The notes under the pieces: model-generated
What the model was told of the DNA's origin: nothing
Seen by the model: only the letters and a program-made list of their open reading frames with translations
The model's database searches: none
IMG/VR virus record: IMGVR_UViG_3300042561_001850
Direction: 5' to 3' (one strand)
DNA: 64,000 nucleotides
Origin: an uncultured virus (IMG/VR IMGVR_UViG_3300042561_001850)
Lineage: Duplodnaviria > Heunggongvirae > Uroviricota > Caudoviricetes
Program-made: the position numbers and the translations under genes
Part shown: positions 37,404 through 46,427 of the stretch, one piece after another
How the letters are laid out: each line of letters opens with the position of its first letter
How positions within the stretch are numbered: position 1 is the first letter of the stretch

Positions 37404-39751
37404 AGCGCTCCGTCATGACGATGCAGATACCCAAGCGGTTGAAAGTCCGGATGGCCATGGACGCCGCAGCTGCCGCCGGAGAGTGGGATCAACACGCTGT
37501 GTTGCAGAGCCAGTGGCAAAACCTGATCACTGGTGAAGCGCCTGATCGAAGTGACAGCCTTGCCGGCATCAACGCCCGTCTTGACGCACTAGTCAAGCGC
37601 CTTGACGCCCGCCGCAAGGCCTCCCCCGGCCAGCTCGACCTGCTTGGCGGCGGCGGAGCGCAAACTGAGATCCCCCTGGGCGTCACCAGCAAGAGCAAAG
37701 GCCAAAAGCCAGCAGCTGTAGGCCGGGCCAGCAAGGCCGCGGCGGCCAGCAACGGCCGGGCCGGCAAACCCTGCGGGGATGGCCACATTGCGGCGGATCT
37801 CACCTGCCGCAAAGGGGCTGGGGAGACAGGCGAAAGCCAGGAAGGCCAGGAAGCTCCAGCTGACAAGCCGGCCGCAGGGCGGAAGGGAGGACGCCCAACA
37901 GCACCTGCCGACCCCCGGGAGGGAACCACCGGAGCGGTTGAGTCTGGTGACTATAGATTCGCCCGAAAATCCGAGGTCCCGAACGCCGGGGAAGATCTGG
38001 CCCTATCGGCCCGCCATCGGCGAAACATGTTCTTGGGATTGGCGGCGGAGGAGGCCGCCGGCACCGCCGAAAAGAACCTCACTCGCGACAACCTGCTCAA
38101 GGCCACACCCCATGACCTGATCGCCGGCATGACCCCGGCCAACAGCCTGAGCAGCCTTCAGGGTTACCTGACGCTCCAGGCGTTCCCGGCGCGGCCGTAC
38201 AGCGAAAAGGAACTGGCGGGTTACCAGCGGGCAATGGAACGGCAGGCGCGGCCAGGGATGCAATCCACGGCTGTTTCTCCGGAAGGCCTGCGGGAGCAAT
38301 ATCACGATGCGTTTCAGCAGCTCCATGGGCTGGTTCATGCGCTACAAAAACATGCCGATCCTAATGCCAATCGTTTAGTTATTCTAAAATGGATTGGCGA
38401 TAAAGTTCGAGAGTTACGACAGCAGCAAACAAGCGGCACATCGTCACTTGCAGTTTCGACAGCAAAAGACCCATACAATCCTGTAGCCAACAGTCTGATT
38501 GATTTTTCGCGGCGCATTGGCCGTCGGGGGACTACCTCCGTGCCCGGGAAGATGGAAGATTTCTCCCGTCGGCTCAAGGCCGCCATGGGCAACGACTTTG
38601 GGTCGGCCGAAACCACCTTGGAAAAGGCGAGGGAAATTGCGACCCGGATCATGGAGGGCAGCAGCTTCAACGAGGCCTTCGGGACCGTCGGCGCCAATGG
38701 CAAGCGGCGCTTCAATCCGGCGGATCTCTACGTGGCCCCGGCCAATCGCCAAGGGGGCCGCAACGTCGGTGGCTCGACGATTGAGCAGGGCACCGATTTC
38801 ATCCTCAAGGGATCCGGGTTCCGAGGTCTGCAGTTTGGCAACAGCGTCAGCGATGACGAGCGCAAGCACCACCTGAAGAAGGCGGCCGAGGCCCTGGCCG
38901 ACTTGGCCGATGTGACCGGCCTGCCTGATGAAGCCATGGGCTTGAAGGGTTCGCTGGGCCTGGCCATTGGCGCCAGAGGGCGAGGTGCTGCGCTGGCTCA
39001 CTTCGAGCCAAAGCTCAAGGTGATCAACCTCACCCGCAAACGGGGCATCGGCACCCTTTCCCACGAATGGGGCCACGCTCTCGACAACTACCTGGGGCTG
39101 AAGGCCGGGGTGGCGGCGAGCAGCGCCCCCAATAGCGACAGAATCCACCCGGACCACGTTTTCCTCACCAACTCAGGCAAACCGTGGGAGAAGGATCCCA
39201 AAAACCCATCCCCCGTGATCGACGCGATGAAGGCCGTGAACGAGGCCCATGTCACATCGGGCTTTATGGATCAGGTGGAAAAGGAAGCCAGGGGCATAAG
39301 GAGGGCCATGGCCTTCAACGCGGACTACTGGCGTTCGCGGCCAGAGATGTTCGCTCGATCATTTGAGGCCCACATTGACCGCAAGCTGAAGGCCCTTGGG
39401 CGGGCGAACACCTATCTGACGCAGACCCCCGACTCTTTGCTATGGCCGACTGCTGAGCAGTCCGACGCAATGGCGCCAGCCTTTGATCGGCTGATGGCCG
39501 CCGTGCGCGCAGAGCACTTTGCCGACGCACCAAAGCGTAATGATGCAAGGGGTGTCCGCATTGATCGCTTCATGGCCGCCTTGGAACGCAACACGCCTCA
39601 GAAGCCGAGAAAGCAGCCAGGGCAAACTGAACCCGAGCAAAAATCCGAATCTCCCGCCACCGAAGCCCCGATCAACTGGGACAACGTCGCCAGCGAAGTG
39701 AAGACCATGCTGGAGCTGGACCCCAAGGATCCAGAAGACGGCACCGATTAG
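37400..39751 (+). CDS. Modular effector 5: leader/knuckle plus zincin-like (HExxH) and LPD1-like polyvalent domains
   Basis: KRLDARRKASPGQLDLL..GKPCGDGHIAADLTCRK; FRGLQFGNSV, LGLAIGARG..AHFEP..INLT..GTLSHEWGHALD, YWRSRPEMFARSFEA. Confidence 0.8.
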   Translation: MKRSVMTMQIPKRLKVRMAMDAAAAAGEWDQHAVLQSQWQNLITGEAPDRSDSLAGINARLDALVKRLDARRKASPGQLDLLGGGGAQTEIPLGVTSKSKGQKPAAVGRASKAAAASNGRAGKPCGDGHIAADLTCRKGAGETGESQEGQEAPADKPAAGRKGGRPTAPADPREGTTGAVESGDYRFARKSEVPNAGEDLALSARHRRNMFLGLAAEEAAGTAEKNLTRDNLLKATPHDLIAGMTPANSLSSLQGYLTLQAFPARPYSEKELAGYQRAMERQARPGMQSTAVSPEGLREQYHDAFQQLHGLVHALQKHADPNANRLVILKWIGDKVRELRQQQTSGTSSLAVSTAKDPYNPVANSLIDFSRRIGRRGTTSVPGKMEDFSRRLKAAMGNDFGSAETTLEKAREIATRIMEGSSFNEAFGTVGANGKRRFNPADLYVAPANRQGGRNVGGSTIEQGTDFILKGSGFRGLQFGNSVSDDERKHHLKKAAEALADLADVTGLPDEAMGLKGSLGLAIGARGRGAALAHFEPKLKVINLTRKRGIGTLSHEWGHALDNYLGLKAGVAASSAPNSDRIHPDHVFLTNSGKPWEKDPKNPSPVIDAMKAVNEAHVTSGFMDQVEKEARGIRRAMAFNADYWRSRPEMFARSFEAHIDRKLKALGRANTYLTQTPDSLLWPTAEQSDAMAPAFDRLMAAVRAEHFADAPKRNDARGVRIDRFMAALERNTPQKPRKQPGQTEPEQKSESPATEAPINWDNVASEVKTMLELDPKDPEDGTD

Positions 39752-40047
39752 AGGGCCAGCAGGGAATCGGCCGATACCTGCAGCACCTGGCAGATCACCC
39801 TGATCTGCGCCGGGGATGCCGAGGCCCTGCCCAGCTCAAGTTTGGCGATCCAGGGCTGGCCGACACCGGCGCATTCAGCCAGCTGGGCCTGGGTGAGGCC
39901 CCGCCGGTGGCGGGCGGTTCGGATGCGGCCGCCCATCTCCCGCCGGACGTACGGGGCAGGAGGGACCACAAACGGGCGGTCCTCAAACATGCCGATGCGG
40001 AATAAAACACGATTCAGGCTAAGGAAACCCGCAGTTTGGTATCTCAT
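39748..40047 (-). CDS. XRE-family HTH regulator
   Basis: GGRIRTARHRRGLTQAQLAECAGVGQPWIAKLELGR...ICQVLQVSADSLL. Confidence 0.8.
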   Translation of the reverse strand: MRYQTAGFLSLNRVLFRIGMFEDRPFVVPPAPYVRREMGGRIRTARHRRGLTQAQLAECAGVGQPWIAKLELGRASASPAQIRVICQVLQVSADSLLAL

Positions 40048-40061
40048 CCGAACTGGATGGT

Positions 40062-41390
40062 GTGAGCGAGGGATGGAGGTTTGACCGTGGCGCCATTAGC
40101 CCCAACTGGGAGAAAACCCCAGATGGGTTCTTGCGTGTCCATGGAACCTTCAGCCGTACCGGTTGTCTGTCCTACAAGCGAGCAGACGGCAGCACCCAGG
40201 TCGAATATCGCCCGGAAGAAGAGGTTGCTCATCGCGACTCCATTCTTTCGCTTGGGGGATTGCCCGTCACTCTGGAGCATCCCCCAGAGCTGCTGACCCC
40301 TGCCAACACTCGGCAGTATCAACGCGGATCGACTGGAACCGAAGTCAAGTACGACAACGGTTTTGTCAAAGGCGTGGTGATTCTCACGGACGCCGAACTT
40401 ATCGCCGCCGTTGAACGCGGCGATGCCAGGGAATTGTCGATTGGCTATCGCGTTCAGATCGATCGCACACCAGGGGTTACGGCCACAGGTGAGCATTACG
40501 ACGCGATCCAGCGACGCATCGTGGGAAACCATTTGGCGGTGACCAGGGAAGGCCGATCTGGGTCTGAGGTCCGGCTGCACATGGATTCCGCATTCTCGAT
40601 CGATCCACCACCCCCCTCTCCGCCATCACCCCCCCCCTTGGAGGCCCATGAAATGACCACGGCTGTTGCAGCACTGTCCAGCGCCACCGCGACCTTGGCC
40701 ACCGCCCTGGCGGGCCAAAGCCGCTCGGATGGCAAGCAACGCTCCATGCCCATGCAGGAAATGGCGATGGATATGGATCCTGAAGATGACCCCGACGGCG
40801 ACCCCGAGGAAACCTCTGAAGAGGAGGGCATGGAACCCGACGAAATGCAAAAGCCCAAAAAACCGATGGCCAGGCGCCGCCGTAGTGACAGCGTGGTGTC
40901 ACGGCAGGAATACGAGCGGGTGGTGAACGCGCTGGCTGACAGCGAGCGAGCACACCAGACGGATCTCGGCCGGATGGATGCGATCAGCGAACGGCTCGCC
41001 GAACTGGAAGCAGATCTGGGAACCAGGCTCGATTCCAGCGAGATCGATCTCGATGCGCTGGTCACCGAAAAGCTGGAGCTGCTGGAGCGGGCCAATGAAT
41101 TGGCCGGTGAACGAATCGACCATTCCGGCCTATCGCCGCGACAACTGCAACTGGAAGCAATGCAGAAATCGGGTGTGGCGATCGAGCGCTTCGATAGTAA
41201 ATCCGACGAATACGTGGCCGCGGCATTCGACACCTACTGCGATGCCAACACCAGCCCCAACCGCCTGGACCACTCATCCGCTCTGGAGCTCCTGCTTGGC
41301 AAAACTTCGGGAGAGACCACTTCTGATCCCCGCGAAGGATATAAACAACGGCTTGAAAGTGCTTCTCGACAACCGTTGGCCAGCAACTGA
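40062..41390 (+). CDS. DUF2213 prohead protease/scaffold fusion
   Basis: TPDGFL, YRPEEEV, PVTLEHP, ELSIGY, YDAIQRRIVGNHLAV..GRSG; acidic coiled-coil C-terminus. Confidence 0.85.
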   Translation: MSEGWRFDRGAISPNWEKTPDGFLRVHGTFSRTGCLSYKRADGSTQVEYRPEEEVAHRDSILSLGGLPVTLEHPPELLTPANTRQYQRGSTGTEVKYDNGFVKGVVILTDAELIAAVERGDARELSIGYRVQIDRTPGVTATGEHYDAIQRRIVGNHLAVTREGRSGSEVRLHMDSAFSIDPPPPSPPSPPPLEAHEMTTAVAALSSATATLATALAGQSRSDGKQRSMPMQEMAMDMDPEDDPDGDPEETSEEEGMEPDEMQKPKKPMARRRRSDSVVSRQEYERVVNALADSERAHQTDLGRMDAISERLAELEADLGTRLDSSEIDLDALVTEKLELLERANELAGERIDHSGLSPRQLQLEAMQKSGVAIERFDSKSDEYVAAAFDTYCDANTSPNRLDHSSALELLLGKTSGETTSDPREGYKQRLESASRQPLASN

Positions 41391-41426
41391 CACATCTTTA
41401 GTTATCTGTCCTCTCGCTAACTGACC

Positions 41427-41984
41427 ATGGCCTTGATCGTTACTCCAAATGCAAGCTCCGTTGATGACGGGGCCCAGATTGCGTACCCTCTAGCTGCCGA
41501 TCGCGGCCTCCCGGGCCAAATCGCCGACCTAACTGAGGCGACGATTCGTTCGGGGCACAATGAAACTGCAGCCCGGATCCCGTTTGGGATTCCGGTGAGG
41601 CTGAACGGCTCTGGACTTCTCAACAACAGCTGTATTCCCCTCACGGCCGCCGGCGCCATCTTGGGGCTCACTGCCCGGACTGCAGTAGCCGAACGCGATG
41701 GCCCCTCCGGTGCCTACGCCGATGGCATCCCGATTGGTGCCGCCGTCAATATTCTTACCCGCGGGCCCATCTACCTGGAGGTGATTGAAACCGTGGCGCT
41801 GACCGACAGCCTGCGGTACTTCAAGTCAGGTCCAAATGCCGGCAAGTGGGGCAAGACAGCGTCCGCTGGCAACTCGCTGCTCCTGACCGCTGGTAACTGG
41901 GCGATTCGAAAAGCAGGCGCCGTAGGAACCGTCCTGCTTCTGGAAATCAACACCCCAGCGGCATTGAGTTTCACAGCCGACTGA
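41427..41984 (+). CDS. Head decoration/cement protein
   Basis: Between scaffold and capsid genes; GLPGQIAD, IPFG, VNILTRGPI. Confidence 0.7.
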   Translation: MALIVTPNASSVDDGAQIAYPLAADRGLPGQIADLTEATIRSGHNETAARIPFGIPVRLNGSGLLNNSCIPLTAAGAILGLTARTAVAERDGPSGAYADGIPIGAAVNILTRGPIYLEVIETVALTDSLRYFKSGPNAGKWGKTASAGNSLLLTAGNWAIRKAGAVGTVLLLEINTPAALSFTAD

Positions 41985-42019
41985 TCACCGTTCAAGCCCA
42001 AACCTCGCCAATCATCACC

Positions 42020-42952
42020 ATGGCCATTCGCAACGACGCCCAGGCAGCAGCTGGAGCTTTTCTGCAACAAGAACTGCGGCACAAACTTGCTAAAGCCTAT
42101 GAAAAAGAATACCCCGAGATTGTTTATAGCAAAATCTTGCCTGTCAGCTTTGAGGTTCCGGAAGGTGCGGAAACTTATACTTACGATCTATGGGATCGTG
42201 TCGGTGAGATGGATCTCATCAGCGACAGCGGTGATGATCTGCCCACATCAGATGTTAAACGAGGTGAGGTAATTAACCAGATCCGTCAGTATGGTACTTC
42301 TTTTAGGTACAGTACCGAAGAGATCCGGAAGGCTCAATTTGCTGGTATTAGCTTGGATCAGCGTAAAGCTGATGCCGCTCGATCGGCGTATGAAGAGCGT
42401 GCCAATCGAGTTGCCCTTTTTGGACAAGCCGGCACCGGTCTTAAAGGGTTCTTTAACCATCCAGCCGTAGACAGGCTGGTGATCACCGGCAGTGCCACCG
42501 ATGGCTGGTTTGATGCCGCAAACATCACCCCTGACCAAATGGTTGCAATCTTAAATGAACCAATAACATATCAAGGTAACGTGTCGAACCAGGTGGAAGC
42601 CGCAGACACCTTGTTGTTGCCTTATACCGACCATCGCAAGGTGGCTACCACAAAGATGGGGACGAACGATTCCATGACCGTCCTTGACTTTTTCTTGAAA
42701 TGTAACCCGCAAATCAAGCGGGTAATGGCAATCAACGAGTTGGACCCAAGCAAATCGTTCGGCAATCTCAGCGCCAAGCGGATGGTGCTATACAAATTTT
42801 CCGAAGAAAAAGTTAAATTCATGATTTCCATGGCTCTTAAGTTTTTGCCGCCCCAGCCAGTAAATCTTGCCTTCAAGGTGCCAGCTGAAGCCAAATTTGC
42901 CGGCGTTGCTGCTTTCTTCCCCAAATCGATTACCTACGTCGATAAAGGCTGA
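42020..42952 (+). CDS. Major capsid protein (DUF2184, HK97 fold)
   Basis: AFLQQEL..AYEKEYPE, DDLPT, YSTEEIRKAQ..LDQRKADAAR..NRVALFG..GFFNHP. Confidence 0.88.
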   Translation: MAIRNDAQAAAGAFLQQELRHKLAKAYEKEYPEIVYSKILPVSFEVPEGAETYTYDLWDRVGEMDLISDSGDDLPTSDVKRGEVINQIRQYGTSFRYSTEEIRKAQFAGISLDQRKADAARSAYEERANRVALFGQAGTGLKGFFNHPAVDRLVITGSATDGWFDAANITPDQMVAILNEPITYQGNVSNQVEAADTLLLPYTDHRKVATTKMGTNDSMTVLDFFLKCNPQIKRVMAINELDPSKSFGNLSAKRMVLYKFSEEKVKFMISMALKFLPPQPVNLAFKVPAEAKFAGVAAFFPKSITYVDKG

Positions 42953-42994
42953 TCAGCTTAATTCAGGCTTACATACCCAATTACCTCCCGTTTT

Positions 42995-43537
42995 ATGGCT
43001 GCTACTGCAACTGCTCCCGCTCCAGCTTCTACCAAGCCTGAGGTTGATTCCGCTACGGCGCCGGACCCTGCCATGACCGCAGCCCCTGCCGCTGCTGTTG
43101 AGGCTGGGGCCCCGGCCCACCGCCGTCTGGCCATCGCCTACACCCCTGAGGTGGTCGAGGCGCAGACGGCTGCGATCCCCGCTGGCGACTTTGTCGTCTG
43201 TTGGGTGGGCCAAGAAGAGCGCCTCATCCTCAAACCCGGGCTGAATTTCGACATCGATCCTGGGCTGTGGGAAAAGGCCAAGGAGCGCTCCAGCGTCCAA
43301 GAACTGTTGGGTCAGCGGGCGATTGAAGAGATCGACCTGGGCGGCCCGACCGTCAACGACACCCCCGCCTTTGGCGTCACGGTGATCAAAACGTGCGACC
43401 AGGCCACGGCACTGCGCCTGGTGCATGTGTCGCGTGATGCCAAGCAGCTGGAAGGCTGGCTGACCATGGAAGAGCGCACGCCGGTGCGCAACAACATCGC
43501 CAACAAGCTCAAGCAGCTCAAGGACGGGAAGAGCTGA
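42995..43537 (+). CDS. Hypothetical virion-associated protein
   Basis: Directly after the capsid gene; LILKPGLN. Confidence 0.6.
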   Translation: MAATATAPAPASTKPEVDSATAPDPAMTAAPAAAVEAGAPAHRRLAIAYTPEVVEAQTAAIPAGDFVVCWVGQEERLILKPGLNFDIDPGLWEKAKERSSVQELLGQRAIEEIDLGGPTVNDTPAFGVTVIKTCDQATALRLVHVSRDAKQLEGWLTMEERTPVRNNIANKLKQLKDGKS

Positions 43538-43539
43538 TC

Positions 43540-43848
43540 ATGGCGGTCCCGACCCTGGAGGCATTCCTGGAGAGATTCCCGGAGATGGTCATTCACCCGG
43601 TGCCGGTGATTGAAGATGCCCTGCTGGTGTCGGGAAAACTGTGTGCTGCGGAAATTTGGGGCGACCTGCACAACAGCGGTGTGGGCTACTACGCAGCCCA
43701 TCTGCTTGATCTGCGCAACCGCGAGATCGGCGCCATGGTCGGCCAGGCCGTCACGGGCATCTCTGGCACAGGGGTGAACGCCACCTTCTACGGCCAGCAA
43801 TACGAAGCGCTGCGCTCCACGCTGCCCATCGTGGGGATGGTTTTCTGA
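43540..43848 (+). CDS. Head-tail adaptor (DUF4054-like)
   Basis: FLERFPE..YYAAHLL..TFYGQQY. Confidence 0.75.
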   Translation: MAVPTLEAFLERFPEMVIHPVPVIEDALLVSGKLCAAEIWGDLHNSGVGYYAAHLLDLRNREIGAMVGQAVTGISGTGVNATFYGQQYEALRSTLPIVGMVF

Positions 43849-44246
43849 TGTCCATTCCGTCGCTGCCGAATTCGAACTACGGCACCCACGCCAATGCTGT
43901 CCTGACATTTGTGGTGAGCGGCCTTGCCACGGTGGACGACCCGGAGACGGGCAATCCGGTGCCCCTGCCGGAAACGCTCACCTACACCGCAGCGCTGCGC
44001 ATCGCACGGCCCGACTGGAAGGGCCAGCCGGGGGTCGACATGACCGACTACAACTGCTCAGGCCGGCTTCTGGAGCCCCCCACCCTGGATCCACGGCTCA
44101 CCAGTGGCTGCCAGGCAGAGGCCACAATCAATGGCTACAGCGGCACTTTTGAGCTGCGGCCGGACATCGGCATCAATCGGGTGGCCCTGCCTGCCATCCG
44201 CCAAGCGATCCAGGGCAAATTCACCATCGTCGGAGGCAGCCGCTGA
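43848..44246 (+). CDS. Putative head closure protein
   Basis: Synteny; DPETGNPV beta-rich pattern. Confidence 0.5.
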   Translation: MSIPSLPNSNYGTHANAVLTFVVSGLATVDDPETGNPVPLPETLTYTAALRIARPDWKGQPGVDMTDYNCSGRLLEPPTLDPRLTSGCQAEATINGYSGTFELRPDIGINRVALPAIRQAIQGKFTIVGGSR

Positions 44247-44674
44247 TGCCAATGGTCGACCTGCGGATCAATAGTGCCATCGATGAAACCTTCGCCGATT
44301 TTGCGGCCTACCTGGCCCGGCGCTTTACTGCCGAAATCCGGGAGGCCAAATGGAACTGGCCCACCGATCCCTCCCCCCGGGACATCGTGGACACCGGCAA
44401 CCTCGCCAAATCGCTACGGGTGGTCGGGCCCGAAACGGTTGATAGCCGCATAGAGATTCGTTTTGAATGGGTAGCTCCTTATGCGGCTCCCGTGCATGAC
44501 GGTGCGGTGTTCAAGCGCACCGGCAGCAACGGGCAGGCCCTGACGATGCCGGCCCGGCCCTGGACCCGGCCGGTGCTTTATGACCGGATCACCCTCCAGG
44601 AGTACTTCGAGCGGCGTTTTGCTTTGGCCATGCAGCGCCAGGGCGATGGGGAAGAGCCTGAGGAGGTGGCATGA
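44246..44674 (+). CDS. Neck/tail completion protein (HK97 gp10-like)
   Basis: IVDTGNLAKS..APYAAPVHDG..MPARPW. Confidence 0.7.
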   Translation: MPMVDLRINSAIDETFADFAAYLARRFTAEIREAKWNWPTDPSPRDIVDTGNLAKSLRVVGPETVDSRIEIRFEWVAPYAAPVHDGAVFKRTGSNGQALTMPARPWTRPVLYDRITLQEYFERRFALAMQRQGDGEEPEEVA

Positions 44675-45108
44675 GCGACCAGCTGGTCGAACGTGGCGCC
44701 AACCTGCTCCAGATCCGAGAGCAGCTGCTGGATCTCTTCGGCGCCCAGCTGGGCGTCTACATCCTGCCCTCTGGGGCGACCAAGCCGGCCTTTTGGATCA
44801 CCGGCGGCGGCAAGGGTCAGCATCGGGTGCCACCGGATTGGCGGATCCGCGGCATCGAGGCCGTTCTGCAGCGCCGGCCCGTTCGGCAGCCGCTCGGCGG
44901 CATCGGCACGATCATCGCCAACCGCATCTGGTCGTTGACATTTGTGTGTTACGACTCGACCCAAACCCTGGATGAAATCGACCTGTTGATCCTCCGGGCC
45001 TTCCCGGATGCGCAACGGCGCCCCCGTGCTGCCACCGACGACACCTACGAGCAGCTGAATGTGGAGCTGCCGGATGTCGTTACTATTCAACCAATTCAAC
45101 TCACTTAG
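44671..45108 (+). CDS. Putative tail terminator
   Basis: Synteny: immediately before the major tail gene. Confidence 0.5.
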   Translation: MSDQLVERGANLLQIREQLLDLFGAQLGVYILPSGATKPAFWITGGGKGQHRVPPDWRIRGIEAVLQRRPVRQPLGGIGTIIANRIWSLTFVCYDSTQTLDEIDLLILRAFPDAQRRPRAATDDTYEQLNVELPDVVTIQPIQLT

Positions 45109-45130
45109 ACCCCCCCACAACTGAGGCACA

Positions 45131-46141
45131 ATGACTGAAATTGCAATCGGCGCCAGCATCCACAAAGCAACCCGCAGTCTGGTACGGGTGGTTCCCTTAA
45201 CCCTGCCCAATCGCTTATATGCAACCAGGGATAGCGCAGGCTTGATCACCCTGCCAACCCTGCCTACAGGACAGGGCTACGTCAATATGCCAGGTGTCAC
45301 TAAACTTTCCTTCCAAATTGACGACAGAGAAGAAGAGTTTAACCTATTTGGCGATAATGGCTGGGTAGATTCTGTGACAGTAGGCTCAAGAGTCACCGGT
45401 TCAGGTGAGGCATTTTTTATGCGCAACATCGAAGTCTCAGCAGCTTCGGCGCCAGTATTCCAGGGCGACTACTCCGAAGACTTTGCCATAATTGAACGGT
45501 CGCGCTACGACAAAGATTCTGAGGTTTATATTGAATTTCTCAAGGAAATGGGCCGCGCTCAAGGTACAAGCGGTGATTTTGTTTATGATTATGCCGGATT
45601 TAACGGCGTATTTAGGGGATACAACGATCCCAATGCCAGCAGCGCTGGCCTTACCAAAATCAGTTTTAATCTGATGAGCCGCAGCGAGGCAGTATTTGGC
45701 CGTTACATTTCCGGCTCAACTCCTCTGCCGATTGGAGAAATCCAATCCACCCAGCTGGCGACGGCGCCGAGCTCGGGCACCCGTCGCTGGGCCACATCCC
45801 CGGTGGACAACGCATCGGCCGTGGCAGTTTCGGCCGCGATCACCGTCACCTACACCAGCGATGGCACCGCTGCCCTGACGCAGCTTGCCCTCCCCCCGAC
45901 CGGTGGCGGTGGCTTCCGCCTGGAAAATGCCTCCTCAGGCGTCCAGATCTTGGCGGGCGTGTCGCTGGCAAACAACGTGGTGACGATCACTCCGGCCGCT
46001 TCCCTGCCGGCGGCCACAATCCTGCGGCTGCGAGTCGCCGATGGCGCCATCCAGCAGTCGGTGGACGCCTCCAACAACGCATCGGTCAACGGTGTGCGCA
46101 AGCCCCTGCAGGGCTTTGCCACCACCTTCCGGACTGCGTGA
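45131..46141 (+). CDS. Major tail protein with a C-terminal Ig-like domain
   Basis: Position; C-terminal TSPVDNASAVAVSAAITVTY..VVTITPAASL..FATTFRTA (Big_5-like). Confidence 0.7.
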   Translation: MTEIAIGASIHKATRSLVRVVPLTLPNRLYATRDSAGLITLPTLPTGQGYVNMPGVTKLSFQIDDREEEFNLFGDNGWVDSVTVGSRVTGSGEAFFMRNIEVSAASAPVFQGDYSEDFAIIERSRYDKDSEVYIEFLKEMGRAQGTSGDFVYDYAGFNGVFRGYNDPNASSAGLTKISFNLMSRSEAVFGRYISGSTPLPIGEIQSTQLATAPSSGTRRWATSPVDNASAVAVSAAITVTYTSDGTAALTQLALPPTGGGGFRLENASSGVQILAGVSLANNVVTITPAASLPAATILRLRVADGAIQQSVDASNNASVNGVRKPLQGFATTFRTA

Positions 46142-46166
46142 ACCTGATCGCCAGCCGGGGCCCTCG

Positions 46167-46427
46167 ATGAATGACCCCGGCTTCTACCCCTTACTTGCGG
46201 CAGGGGACGGCTCCTGCCATTTGATCCATTGCGAAGTGACCTGCAACCGCATGGAGGTGGCCGTGATGATCATCGAGCCATCGTTTGGCGATGAATGGGC
46301 CCAGGTGACATCAGAGGCGGACTACGGGGGCGATCGTTGCGCCGTAAAGCTGCCATCAGCCTGCGTGAATGCAAGCGAAAGACTTAAGATCTATAACGCA
46401 AGCCTTCCTTACAAAACGCTCGAATGA
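46167..46427 (+). CDS. Small hypothetical tail-region protein
   Basis: ATG at 46167; ATGA overlap with the chaperone gene. Confidence 0.45.
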   Translation: MNDPGFYPLLAAGDGSCHLIHCEVTCNRMEVAVMIIEPSFGDEWAQVTSEADYGGDRCAVKLPSACVNASERLKIYNASLPYKTLE

